Of a DNA stretch of 64,000 bases, positions 18,041-27,515 are shown piece after piece; positions within the stretch are counted from its first letter, which is position 1, and the number at the start of each line of letters is the position of its first letter. The notes beneath the pieces were generated by a model that worked only from the letters and a program-made list of their open reading frames with translations, was not told the origin of the DNA and searched no databases. The stretch spans positions 5,463-69,462 of the forward strand of contig JAISKJ010000001.1 in assembly GCA_031260975.1 (NCBI GenBank). Reading direction: 5' to 3'. This stretch comes from Christensenellaceae bacterium. Lineage in GTDB: Bacteria; Bacillota; Clostridia; Christensenellales; UBA1242. Made by a program: the position numbers and the translations under genes.

Positions 18041-19924
18041 TCAAAACGTATCCGCCATAAAAAACTCTTTGAATTCCTGATTGGTTTCAAGCAGCTCTTC
18101 AAACTTACCTTTAGCCACTACCCTGCCGCCATTTACAAAATATATCAGGTCACAAGTCTTAACTGTAGAAAGCCTGTGCGCCACAACAATAATAGTGTGC
18201 TTGCCCGACAACATCTTTATGCTTTCCTTTATATCATTTTGCGAAAGGTTGTCTAGGCTGCTTGTGCTCTCATCAAACAAAATATATTTGCTGCCCTTCA
18301 AAAATGCTCTGGCTATACTAAGCCTTTGTCTCTGACCTCCGCTCAGCATAACTCCGCCCTCACCCACTTTAGTTTCAAGCCGCTTTGGCAGAGTGTTTAC
18401 ATAGTCAAGAAAACTTGCCGATTTCAAAGCTTCAAGCATCTCATTCTCGACAGCGTCGGGTTTGACCATTGCTAGGTTTTGTTTAATGGTTGCGTCAAAG
18501 ATATACGAGCTTTGATTTACAAGTGCGATATTTTTTCGCAGACTGTCCTTTGTCATGGTCTTAATGTCAATTCCGCCAAGCAATACCTGCCCCTCATCAG
18601 CCTCATAAAGCTTTGCAATCAGGTTGAGTATAGTCGTTTTTCCGCCGCCGCTCTTGCCCACAATACCAATGGTCTGATAAGGCTCAACCTTAAAACTACA
18701 TTCACTCAAAACAGGTGTTATGTTGATATCCCTCGTAGTTGCACGTTCCCTTTTTATAGCATTTCCGTCATCATCATAAAGCTCGTCATTTATGCGCTCG
18801 GCAATAGTCTTATAGCTAAAGCCTACGTCCTTAAATTCTATGCTGGGTTCACCTATTATAGCATCCGCATCCCCAAACTTTTCGTCAGGAAAAATCATTT
18901 CATCATACAATTCATTTATTCGTTCGGTCGAAGTTTTATAATCCGTCGACGCTTCACCGAGCATATTTATACGGTTGCTTATCGACCAGAAAATGGATTC
19001 ATTAATCACAATAAACAGCAGCACTCCCACTGACATTCCATAATCCTTCGTGAGGAATATCGCAAGCAAAATAACCGAAAGCAGACCTATGTCAATCAAA
19101 AAGTTTGTAATCAAACCTGAAGTGGCTGTCCATCTCATACGCTTGTATGTGCGGTTTTGCATTGTGTTGATTTTTGGCACAACCACACAACGTACCTCTT
19201 CATCTATATTGAGCGTCTTTATATCTCTTTCACCCTTAACTGTTTCGGTCTGAGCACTTGCCAGAATATCTCTCGATTTTTTAAGCGAGCGCTGAAGCTT
19301 CTTTCGTCTCTTTGCCATAAAGAATCTCACAACGGCCACAATTGAAGTAATAACAAGACACGCAAGTCCTATCCAAATATTTAGCATACACATATACGCC
19401 ACAATCATTATGTCATATAGCAGATATGTGCCCTGTGTCGATATAGTTATAAACTGATCTATTGCAGTCTGCTGCTCACTGCCCATACGTGAAATAAATC
19501 TTCCGGTTGAGTTTTCCTGAAAGGCTCTCGAACTCTTCTGCAAAACAAGATTGAACACATCCTTCCTTGCCGTTCCAACCATTCTCCTGGTGAATATTGC
19601 AAGCAACCAGTCACTAAAATAACTCATAATATCTGCGGCAAAATTTGCACCCACAACCCCAACAAAATACCACATAGCTATTTCAAAATTAAGAAGAGTT
19701 ATTTGTTCCAAAAATATCGCAAACAACGCAGCACGCGCAAGCGCCACAACGTTTGTAAGAACCATAATAATAATGTAGGCAATCAAAGCTCCCTTAGTAA
19801 GTTTGGCGTACTTAAAAACACTAAACTTATCCTTAAGTTTAATGTTCTGCAAGTCTTCTTTTACGACATACGGCTTCGGCAGTTCTTTTACAATTTTTTC
19901 TGCGTCCCCGTCCTTGCGTTTCAT
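18041..19924 (-). CDS. ABC transporter, fused permease/ATP-binding protein (type I exporter)
   Basis: Six-TM N-terminal half, Walker A GKSGGGKTT, signature LSGGQRQR and Walker B ILFDE. The start is set at MKRKDGD, preceded by AAGGAGGAG. Confidence 0.9.
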   Translation of the reverse strand: MKRKDGDAEKIVKELPKPYVVKEDLQNIKLKDKFSVFKYAKLTKGALIAYIIIMVLTNVVALARAALFAIFLEQITLLNFEIAMWYFVGVVGANFAADIMSYFSDWLLAIFTRRMVGTARKDVFNLVLQKSSRAFQENSTGRFISRMGSEQQTAIDQFITISTQGTYLLYDIMIVAYMCMLNIWIGLACLVITSIVAVVRFFMAKRRKKLQRSLKKSRDILASAQTETVKGERDIKTLNIDEEVRCVVVPKINTMQNRTYKRMRWTATSGLITNFLIDIGLLSVILLAIFLTKDYGMSVGVLLFIVINESIFWSISNRINMLGEASTDYKTSTERINELYDEMIFPDEKFGDADAIIGEPSIEFKDVGFSYKTIAERINDELYDDDGNAIKRERATTRDINITPVLSECSFKVEPYQTIGIVGKSGGGKTTILNLIAKLYEADEGQVLLGGIDIKTMTKDSLRKNIALVNQSSYIFDATIKQNLAMVKPDAVENEMLEALKSASFLDYVNTLPKRLETKVGEGGVMLSGGQRQRLSIARAFLKGSKYILFDESTSSLDNLSQNDIKESIKMLSGKHTIIVVAHRLSTVKTCDLIYFVNGGRVVAKGKFEELLETNQEFKEFFMADTF

Positions 19925-20061
19925 ACGCTCCTCCTTTTGTGCTAAATGCTTCTTAAAAAGACCAAACACGCCCACAAAAACATGGGTCTTATTCACAATA
20001 TGTCCACGCCCTTGATTTATCCTCTAAAAAACAAAAAAAGCGGGGCCATCAGAACAATTTC

Positions 20062-20090
20062 ATTATACCTCAACTCTCCGCCGCCGTCAA
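20062..20090 (-). promoter_or_regulatory. sigma-A promoter upstream of the ABC exporter
   Basis: On the minus strand: TTGACG (20085-20090), 17 nt, TATAAT (20062-20067). Confidence 0.5.
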
Positions 20091-20436
20091 CGGGTATTTG
20101 AAAAATATACCATAAAAATCCCCGCCTTTTTCCTTTTATTACTCTAAAGCGGCATATATTTGCTGCTCAATATTTAGATACCAAAAAAACAACCATGTTC
20201 TCCTTTTATGTGCTGTGATACATACCACTTTTACTCTTTACTTTCTCCCTGCTCAGGTGTCCACCTTGGAGTGCAAACAGGAATAAAAACACCCTTGGTT
20301 TTTTCGGTCCAAAAATACCATTCATCTTTGTCAATCAGCACGGCATCGTTTTTTTATTTTAAGCCCCCCCCTCTATACTTAAATATTTTGAAAGTATCTT
20401 CATCAAACTTTTGATAAGTACTCTCTGCTCTACACT

Positions 20437-20688
20437 TCAATTGCCGCAATCAACCGCATGCGGGCTGACACCTCTATCCTCAGCAATAAAAACCTTTTCA
20501 ATGGTTGTGCCTAAGGCCAAAGCAATATTAAAAGCAAGCTCCAGCGAAGGAGTATATTTGCCCGCCTCCACCGCTAGTATTGTCTGACGCGAAACACCCG
20601 TCAGGTCAGCAAGCTGCTGCTGTGTCATTTCATGAGCCAGAAAGCGCAGCTTTCTTATGTTGTTTATGATAACAATATTCTTTGCCAT
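20437..20688 (-). CDS. small XRE-family HTH transcriptional regulator
   Basis: MTQQQLADLTGVSRQTILAVEAGKYTPSLELAFNIALAL. Confidence 0.85.
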   Translation of the reverse strand: MAKNIVIINNIRKLRFLAHEMTQQQLADLTGVSRQTILAVEAGKYTPSLELAFNIALALGTTIEKVFIAEDRGVSPHAVDCGN

Positions 20689-20693
20689 ATCTG

Positions 20694-21176
20694 TTACTTC
20701 CCTACGCCTTTTTCATAACAAACAACAGCAAAAATTCCCTGACACACCGCACTTAAAAAGCACGCTCCCAGAATAACATGTAAAGCTATAACGGGCCCAA
20801 CACCGCAGGCAAGAACAATCAAGGCCACAATAATGCCGAGTCCGGTAATTCCATAGCCCATTCTGTTAGATTTATTATCAATGCTTTTGTCCATCTCATC
20901 CTCAGACATTTCAGATTTCACAATCCGTTCAATCTCTTTTTTGTCTTTGCCCCTCTCTCGTATATTAACCCTAATATGCACAACCACATGAAAAGCGATT
21001 TCTACAACAATGCATACACCAATACCAATGCCCAGCGCAATTAAAATAAGTATCGCCCAGCCTTTCAGGTCCTCTACGCCGGGAGCTGATGAACTCAACG
21101 AATAAATCAAATAGCCTGCCAGCATTCCCAGCCCCGCAACCAGCTCCGTAATAATCTTTTTACTTTTAAATGACAT
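20694..21176 (-). CDS. membrane protein, upstream partner of the small XRE regulator
   Basis: 160 aa with four hydrophobic helices. It lies 5 nt upstream of the XRE gene. Confidence 0.7.
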   Translation of the reverse strand: MSFKSKKIITELVAGLGMLAGYLIYSLSSSAPGVEDLKGWAILILIALGIGIGVCIVVEIAFHVVVHIRVNIRERGKDKKEIERIVKSEMSEDEMDKSIDNKSNRMGYGITGLGIIVALIVLACGVGPVIALHVILGACFLSAVCQGIFAVVCYEKGVGK

Positions 21177-21284
21177 AATCTAATACCTCCCTTGATATTA
21201 TATGCATATAGTACAATATATTTTACATTATGTCAACTATTTTTTACATTTTGTTATAAAAAACTTACAAACGTATTTAATCTG

Positions 21285-22034
21285 TTAAAAATCGTGAGGA
21301 ACTTCTACCTTTCCATCATATTTAAGCACCGTGTGAGCAAGAGTCAGCACAAACACTGCTTTGGACCCGGCTTTCAAAAGTGTCTTTGCAATCTCGTCAC
21401 ATGTGGAGCCCGTAGTCATAATATCATCAACCACCAAAATATTTTTGCCCTTCACTTTAGTTTTATCTGTAACCACAAATGCTCCGTCCAGATTGTGACG
21501 TCTTTCCTCCTGCGTAAGTTTAGCTTGCGTTGGAGTATCTTTTATGCGCTCTAAAATATCAGCGTATTCAATCCCTACAGTTATACTCACCTCGCGTGCC
21601 AAAAGCGCCGCTTGATTATATCCGCGCTCTTTTGCTCTTTGATGACCAACAGGAACCGGCATAATAAAATCAACCTCAAACCCCGCTTCATTAAACTTAT
21701 CCGTCATAAAACTAGCAAGAGGCTTTGCCAAATATTTACCTCCGCCATATTTGAGAGTATGTATCAATGACACCATTTTGCCGCTATAATCAAAACACGA
21801 CACTCCGCGTTCAAACCTGAACTTCCGTTCTTTGCAGGTCAGACAATATTTCCCCATGCCTGTTATACTTACACCGCACTTCTTACATTCTTTAATTATT
21901 TTCGGAAGACGCTTAAGACAATCATAACACATATCATGCGGACGCTCATAACTCAGTTCATCTCCGCAAACAATACATTCAATTTTACTCGGAAACAAAC
22001 ACTCCAACATAAAGTCCTTAAACCTATTCACCAT
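21285..22034 (-). CDS. comFC: ComF family protein (ComFC-like phosphoribosyltransferase)
   Basis: N-terminal Cys pairs (CIVCGDE...CYDC, CKKCG...CLTC) and the PRT motif ILVVDDIMTTGST. Confidence 0.85.
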   Translation of the reverse strand: MVNRFKDFMLECLFPSKIECIVCGDELSYERPHDMCYDCLKRLPKIIKECKKCGVSITGMGKYCLTCKERKFRFERGVSCFDYSGKMVSLIHTLKYGGGKYLAKPLASFMTDKFNEAGFEVDFIMPVPVGHQRAKERGYNQAALLAREVSITVGIEYADILERIKDTPTQAKLTQEERRHNLDGAFVVTDKTKVKGKNILVVDDIMTTGSTCDEIAKTLLKAGSKAVFVLTLAHTVLKYDGKVEVPHDF

Positions 22035-24264
22035 ACAGGAAATCCGCCTTTTTCTTTTGTGTTTTTAAAAATTCACAAAGCATGCTGTTGCGGCTGGCAG
22101 TATAATTGTTGTGTATCATATACGCAATATTTTTACGGCTTCCCACCAGCACCACAATCTTTTTGGCACGGGTCACAGCAGTATACAAAAGGTTGCGCGT
22201 TATTATCTGCCGGCTGCCTGCAACAACGGGAATAACCACCACATCAAACTCACTGCCCTGACTTTTGTGAATAGTTGTAGCATAACAAATCGACAGCTCG
22301 GTTATCTCATTTCGCGGATAAACCACAATTCTGCCGTCCTCAAATTCAACTGTAGTTTCATAAGTCTGAAAATCTATCAGAATAATTTTGCCCATATCAC
22401 CGTTAAATACGCCCTCGCCCTCTTGAGTATATCTGCCTTCAAGCCTAAACCACGCGCGGTTATAATTGTTGCTCATCTGCATTACCTTGTCACCTACGCG
22501 ATAGGTAGTATGTTCAAGAGCTATTTCAGCCTTTTTAACAGACTGAGGATTAATAAGCATTTGCAGCTGCTGATTAAGGTTGTTTACTCCGCACACTCCG
22601 CTTTTCATGGCAGCAAGCACCTGAATCTGCGCGGATTCAAGTCCGGTGTATTTAGGCAGTCTATAAAGCACCAAATCTATCACAGTTTTCAGCATATCCT
22701 CAGTGCTTCCCTTTTCTTCAAAGAAAAAGTCCTTGCTTTTATTGTTAAATTCGGGCATCTTGCCGTTGTTTATAAGATGCGCGTTTGTAACAATCAAACT
22801 ATCCTCATCCTGCCTATAAATCTGCGTAAGACTGACTGATTTTATAACCTCACTTTTAAGTAAATCAAACAAAACATTACCGGCTCCTACGCTTGGCAGC
22901 TGGTCTTTGTCGCCCACCAAAATAAGCTTACAGGTGGGTTTGAGAGAGCGAAACAGATAAAAAGCCAGCGGTATATCCACCATCGAAACCTCGTCAATTA
23001 TAATAACGTCGGCCGGCAACTTGTTCTTTTCGTTATGCACAAATATGCTGTTTGAGTCGTCCTCACTGTGACGCACCTCAAGTGCACGGTGAATGGTGCT
23101 GGCGTCAACTCCGCACGACTGTGAAAGTCTCTTTGCAGCTCTGCCCGTTGGAGCCAGCAGATAAATTTGCTTGCCTTGCGCTTTTAAAAAGTTCAGTATA
23201 CATTTTATTATAGTGGTTTTTCCCGTTCCGGGACCTCCCGTTATCACCGACACGGGGCAGTTCACCGCCATTGTTACAGCTTCCTTTTGGTCAGAGTGCA
23301 GCGTAATTTTATTTTGTTTTTCATAAAGCTCTATTTCGGCAGACAAGTCAATTATCGTACCGTCGCCGTTGGCGTTTAGAGTTGTAAGTTTTTTAGCAAC
23401 AGCATTCTCCATAAAATGCATGCGGCTGAGCATTACAACAGGCCTGCCCTTGCTCTCAAACTGCTTGATGACATTATCCATACTGAGGTTTTCCAGCACA
23501 TTATTCACCAAGACTTGTCCGCTTTCAACTTCAAGATTAATCAAACTCAGCACCTGCCCGCAAAGGTCACCCTGAAACAAAAAGGTATTTCCACCTTTGT
23601 CGGCGGCCTCTTTTAGGGTATGCAAAATCGCAGCCCGCACACGAAACTCACTGTTTGGAGCCACTCCGAGATTAGAGGCAATCCTGTCAGCTGTCAAAAA
23701 ACCCACACCGTCAATATCCTCAATCAATTTATATGGATTTTGCGATATCACATCAACAGTCTGCTGATTATAGATATTAAAAAGCTTTACCGCCATGTTG
23801 GTAGTAATACCGCGGTCCTGTAAAAACATAATGGCACGCTGCATGTTTTTAATCTCGCTAAAAGCTTCCCCAATCATCTGAGCTTTGTTTTCACTCACGC
23901 CCCTGACCTCAGTCAGCCGCTCGGGGCTAAACTCTATTATGCTGAGCGTATCTTTGCCGAACTTTTTTACGATTGCCTCTGCCGTAACAGGTCCTACCCC
24001 CTTAATAAGCCCGCTTGAAAGATATCTTATAATTCCGTCTGCTGTCACAGGGTCACTTATTTTAATATTACTAAACGAAAACTGCTCACCGTATTTATTA
24101 CTTTTAGTATACTCTCCTTCAAGCTCTACAAATTCGCCCTCGTTTATGTTGGCACTCTTCCCAACACATGTAACTAAAATGCCCTCAACATCTATGTTAA
24201 GCACCGTATAGCCGTTTGCGCTATTTTTATATACTACGTCTTCAATGACACCGCTTAGTTTCAT
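22024..24264 (-). CDS. recD2: RecD2-type ATP-dependent DNA helicase
   Basis: ITGGPGTGKTT, IIIDEVSMVD, LVGDKDQLPSVGAGNV and TIHKSQGSEF...AVTRAKK. Confidence 0.9.
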   Translation of the reverse strand: MKLSGVIEDVVYKNSANGYTVLNIDVEGILVTCVGKSANINEGEFVELEGEYTKSNKYGEQFSFSNIKISDPVTADGIIRYLSSGLIKGVGPVTAEAIVKKFGKDTLSIIEFSPERLTEVRGVSENKAQMIGEAFSEIKNMQRAIMFLQDRGITTNMAVKLFNIYNQQTVDVISQNPYKLIEDIDGVGFLTADRIASNLGVAPNSEFRVRAAILHTLKEAADKGGNTFLFQGDLCGQVLSLINLEVESGQVLVNNVLENLSMDNVIKQFESKGRPVVMLSRMHFMENAVAKKLTTLNANGDGTIIDLSAEIELYEKQNKITLHSDQKEAVTMAVNCPVSVITGGPGTGKTTIIKCILNFLKAQGKQIYLLAPTGRAAKRLSQSCGVDASTIHRALEVRHSEDDSNSIFVHNEKNKLPADVIIIDEVSMVDIPLAFYLFRSLKPTCKLILVGDKDQLPSVGAGNVLFDLLKSEVIKSVSLTQIYRQDEDSLIVTNAHLINNGKMPEFNNKSKDFFFEEKGSTEDMLKTVIDLVLYRLPKYTGLESAQIQVLAAMKSGVCGVNNLNQQLQMLINPQSVKKAEIALEHTTYRVGDKVMQMSNNYNRAWFRLEGRYTQEGEGVFNGDMGKIILIDFQTYETTVEFEDGRIVVYPRNEITELSICYATTIHKSQGSEFDVVVIPVVAGSRQIITRNLLYTAVTRAKKIVVLVGSRKNIAYMIHNNYTASRNSMLCEFLKTQKKKADFLYGE

Positions 24265-24362
24265 TTCTCTATTATATGTTAATTAAACTTTTTTGGCAAG
24301 TTTTATGGGCTCTCAATACCTTTTTGCTTGCCAGCATTTTGTATTTTTGATAGAATTAAATC

Positions 24363-25250
24363 ATGAAATTAAACGAAAGAAAAGTTCTGATAACCGGAGC
24401 CAGCAGCGGCCTCGGGCAGGAAATTGCAAAAATACTCATAAATAAATATAACTGCCAGGTTTTGGGCGTTGCCCGAAACGAGCAGAAACTCATACAGTTT
24501 AAAAATGATTTGGGTGAAAAGTCCCAAAATTTTGACTATTATATTATGGATGTGAGCATAGAAGAAAATTGGCATAAGCTACACCAAAAACTTACTGAGG
24601 AAAGCCGTGTTATAGAAATTTTAATCAACAACGCAGGCATTATGCTGCCCTTTAAATCTGCAGATAAAACTGAAACAAGTGAAGTTGAAAGAGTTATGAA
24701 AATAAACTACTTTTCGGTGGTGTATGCCTGCAAAACCTTTATACCTATGCTGATAGGTCAAAAAAATCCCGCCATAATCAATATCGGAAGTCTTGCATCT
24801 CTGTGCTGCCTGCCGGGTGTAGCGGGATATTCTGCCAGCAAGGCGGCTCTTAAAAGCTATAGCGAAGCGCTGAGCGTAGAGCTTGGAAAAAACATTTTTG
24901 TAAGCACCGTTATGCCGGGGTTTGTAAGAACCAATCTCATGAGCGGCGCCATTGCTGAAGGTGAAGAAAAAATAATAAATAAAGTTGCAAGGCCTGCCCC
25001 AAAAGTTGCAAGAATTATTGTGCGGAAAATGAAACACAACTGCCGCCGTATGATATTGGGCGCAGACGCCAAAGCAATGTTTCTTTTCTATAGATACTTC
25101 CCTCGAAGCAGCGGCAGAGTTGCGGGTAGCTTTCTTAGGCTTACCAAAATAAAGACCCTTCAAAATATATACACCGACAAAAACGACTATTGCGAAGCAA
25201 CAAGTTTAATAGATAAGCAGAAATGTGGAAAAGGAGAAGCCGATGACTAA
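24363..25250 (+). CDS. SDR family oxidoreductase
   Basis: TGASSGLGQEIA, NNAG and YSASKAA motifs. Confidence 0.85.
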   Translation: MKLNERKVLITGASSGLGQEIAKILINKYNCQVLGVARNEQKLIQFKNDLGEKSQNFDYYIMDVSIEENWHKLHQKLTEESRVIEILINNAGIMLPFKSADKTETSEVERVMKINYFSVVYACKTFIPMLIGQKNPAIINIGSLASLCCLPGVAGYSASKAALKSYSEALSVELGKNIFVSTVMPGFVRTNLMSGAIAEGEEKIINKVARPAPKVARIIVRKMKHNCRRMILGADAKAMFLFYRYFPRSSGRVAGSFLRLTKIKTLQNIYTDKNDYCEATSLIDKQKCGKGEADD

Positions 25251-26142
25251 ACTTTTAGACGGTGCAGCGCTGGCGCTAAAACTGCGGGAAACTCTTAAGG
25301 AAACAATAAATTCAGAATTCGCACTAAAAAATAGGGCCATGCCGCATATTGTAATCATTAATGTTGGAAACAACAAAAACAGTCAGATGTATATCACCGG
25401 AAAGTTTAAAGCCTGCCAGATGCTTGGCATTAAAACAACGCTGGAGCACTTTAACATCATTCCTACGCAGCAGCACCTTAACAGCGTTATTGAAAAACAT
25501 AATAATAACCCCGGCGTTGATGGAATTTTGGTGCAGCTCCCCCTGCCCCCTGGGCTTAACGCTACCGAAGCCATAAATAAAATTGCCCCCGACAAAGACA
25601 TTGACGGGCTGACCTTTGTTAACCTCGGAAAACTTATAAGCGGTGAACCCAGCGCAGTTTTAAGCTGCACACCTCAAGGTGTCATCGAACTTGTCAAAAG
25701 CTACGGTGTGGGGCTTTGCGGCAAGTCCGTAGCCCTTGTCAACCGCAGCCTGCTTGTAGGAAAACCACTTGCTCAGCTTCTCACTCAAAATGACGCAACA
25801 GTCACAGTTTGTCACACCAAAACAAAAGACCTAGACCATATATTAAAATCAAGTGATATAATTATCACCGCCGTAGGTCTAAAAAACTTTGTAAAGGCCG
25901 AACACGTCAAAAAAGGCACAGTCGTAATCGACATTGGCCTCACCTTTGACAAAGATGAAGGCAAAGTCTTTGGCGACTGCGATTATGAAAACATCAAAGA
26001 CCTGTGTTCATACATTACTCCCGTGCCCGGAGGCGTCGGTCCCATGACCATAACAATGCTTATAAAAAATCTGATAACACTCGCCATTCAACACCGAGAA
26101 GCCATTGAGGCCGCCTCAAAACAAAAGGATTCTAACAACTAA
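25243..26142 (+). CDS. folD: bifunctional methylenetetrahydrofolate dehydrogenase/cyclohydrolase
   Basis: LLDGAALA..., GILVQLPLP, DKDIDGL and ITPVPGGVGPMTI. Confidence 0.95.
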   Translation: MTKLLDGAALALKLRETLKETINSEFALKNRAMPHIVIINVGNNKNSQMYITGKFKACQMLGIKTTLEHFNIIPTQQHLNSVIEKHNNNPGVDGILVQLPLPPGLNATEAINKIAPDKDIDGLTFVNLGKLISGEPSAVLSCTPQGVIELVKSYGVGLCGKSVALVNRSLLVGKPLAQLLTQNDATVTVCHTKTKDLDHILKSSDIIITAVGLKNFVKAEHVKKGTVVIDIGLTFDKDEGKVFGDCDYENIKDLCSYITPVPGGVGPMTITMLIKNLITLAIQHREAIEAASKQKDSNN

Positions 26143-26147
26143 AAAAC

Positions 26148-26179
26148 AAAAAGCCCGCATAAATGCGGGCCTCTTTTTA
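26148..26179 (+). terminator. rho-independent terminator after folD
   Basis: GCCCGCAT-aa-ATGCGGGC, then CTCTTTTT. Confidence 0.75.
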
Positions 26180-26224
26180 TTCTACATAAGGTAAGTATAT
26201 TCACTAATGTTTCTGTAGCTCCCC

Positions 26225-26497
26225 TTATTCAAAGAATATATCTCCGTCCTTACCGTACCCCTGACTGTGATACATATCCTCAAGGGCGCGGGCATTGTTG
26301 AAAAAGTCTATTTGATTTTGAGCATCTGCATTTGAGTCTTTTAATTCCTGCACCTGCCGGTTTAGCTCCGCCGCCTCTGCCTTAAGCTTGCTTAGGTGCG
26401 TAAACTGAAATATCAAACCCACCAGCATACCTACAACGACAAGCACGACCGCAACAGTAATCGCGCTTATCATTCTTTTCATGTTGCTTTGTTTCAT
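26225..26497 (-). CDS. divIC: septum formation initiator (DivIC/FtsB family)
   Basis: One TM plus a coiled-coil (LKAEAAELNRQVQELKD). Position follows yabP-yabQ, as in Bacillus. Confidence 0.7.
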   Translation of the reverse strand: MKQSNMKRMISAITVAVVLVVVGMLVGLIFQFTHLSKLKAEAAELNRQVQELKDSNADAQNQIDFFNNARALEDMYHSQGYGKDGDIFFE

Positions 26498-26934
26498 GCT
26501 TGCCTCCTTTTGTGTTTTTTAAAATATCTCAGGCTAAATCTTTCATCTTTCGCTTTTTGTTTAATTTGATTGTTTTTAAAGTTTTTTATGTATCGCAAAA
26601 ATATTTTGCCTGTACTCCAATTATACCACTTAAAAAGACGATTGTAAAGTAGTTGTAAACCCGCTTTCACAATCTTTCCTCCCAACTTATTCATCAGGAA
26701 AAAACCCAGCAGCATAATGGCTGCAGTCATGACGCCGATTTTGCCGTAGTCACAAAAATTTACGGCCCACACATAAGCAAAACCACAAAACACAATAAAG
26801 GCGAAATCAAATACGTGCCCCAAAACTTTTACACATCTCAAAAAATACAGCGCATTAAATCCAAGCGCAAGCAAAGCCCCCATCCAGAGCATAAAAAAGA
26901 ATATCCAAATTTGAGTCTCGGTTTCAAACAGCAT
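26494..26934 (-). CDS. yabQ: spore cortex biosynthesis protein YabQ-like
   Basis: Multi-TM protein of 146 aa. Assigned by its position between yabP and divIC. Confidence 0.6.
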   Translation of the reverse strand: MLFETETQIWIFFFMLWMGALLALGFNALYFLRCVKVLGHVFDFAFIVFCGFAYVWAVNFCDYGKIGVMTAAIMLLGFFLMNKLGGKIVKAGLQLLYNRLFKWYNWSTGKIFLRYIKNFKNNQIKQKAKDERFSLRYFKKHKRRQA

Positions 26935-27200
26935 TATTTTACAAGTCTCTTAAAGAAGTTGGTTTTGTCGCGAGCAGCGGTGTATTTAAGTTCATTTATC
27001 TGCCCCGCAATATCAATAAAGCCGCCGGCCACATCCAGCCGATCAACATGCATACCCATACCAAAAATATTGAGCATACACCCCGACACAACAATGCAAA
27101 TTCTGCTCTCGTTTGCGCCTATCACCTTTTCAAGCCCCGTAACGCTCAGGTTTGTCCTGTTTACAAGTTTAAGTTCGCTTTTCTTTGTTTCTTCCGGCAT
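26934..27200 (-). CDS. yabP: sporulation protein YabP
   Basis: LVNRTNLSVTGLEKVIGANESRICIVVSGCMLNIFGMGMHVDRLDVAGG is a typical YabP core. GGGAGGG lies before ATG 27200. Confidence 0.8.
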   Translation of the reverse strand: MPEETKKSELKLVNRTNLSVTGLEKVIGANESRICIVVSGCMLNIFGMGMHVDRLDVAGGFIDIAGQINELKYTAARDKTNFFKRLVK

Positions 27201-27243
27201 ATAACCCTCCCAAGTCAGCGCGTCTTTACACACGCCTTCAACA

Positions 27244-27275
27244 TATAGTTATGTTTCCGTAAAATCAATTATGCA
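27244..27275 (-). promoter_or_regulatory. candidate sigma-E type promoter for yabPQ
   Basis: On the minus strand: GCATAAT, 14 nt, CATAACTA. This resembles the Bacillus sigma-E consensus (ATA-rich -35, CATACA-T -10). Confidence 0.35.
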
Positions 27276-27334
27276 AATGGGGCTCAACTAAGAAACAAAA
27301 ATATCCGTAAACATCCTTTTAAATCTGTAAAATC

Positions 27335-27441
27335 ATTCATTGTAAGACATCAAATTTATGAGAGCACCAAAATTTGTGCGTTGAAGCGCAGCGGTTTAGC
27401 AAAATTTTGGAAAAGAATAAATTTGATGTCTTACAATGAAT
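27335..27441. repeat. long hairpin element B (module 2 family)
   Basis: Perfect 24-bp arms attcattgtaagacatcaaattta (27335-27358) and its reverse complement (27418-27441). The 59-nt interior has further pairing, ccaaaattt with aaattttgg. Confidence 0.75.
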
Positions 27442-27477
27442 CATCTTTGGGATTCAAAGGGGCAAGGCCCCTTGCAG

Positions 27478-27508
27478 GGGATTAAAAAGGGAGCACACGC
27501 CCCCTTTT
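27478..27508 (-). terminator. rho-independent terminator after 27516..28139
   Basis: AGGGGG-cgtgtg-CTCCCT, then TTTTT on the minus strand. A second GC hairpin lies at 27457-27475. Confidence 0.6.
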
Positions 27509-27515
27509 TGCTTAT

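Noticed and set aside
20367-20374. C8 (G8 on the minus strand) homopolymer as a third phase-variation switch.
   Set aside because: It is not located between a recognisable -35 and -10. All three reading frames terminate within ~15 codons whatever the tract length, so no ON/OFF ORF can be made.
24621-25163. 180-aa ORF on the minus strand, plus other antisense ORFs at 24369..24575 and 24857..25072.
   Set aside because: It lies entirely antisense to the SDR gene, which has clear motifs. Its composition is Cys/Arg/Phe-rich, as expected from antisense reading. There is no RBS.
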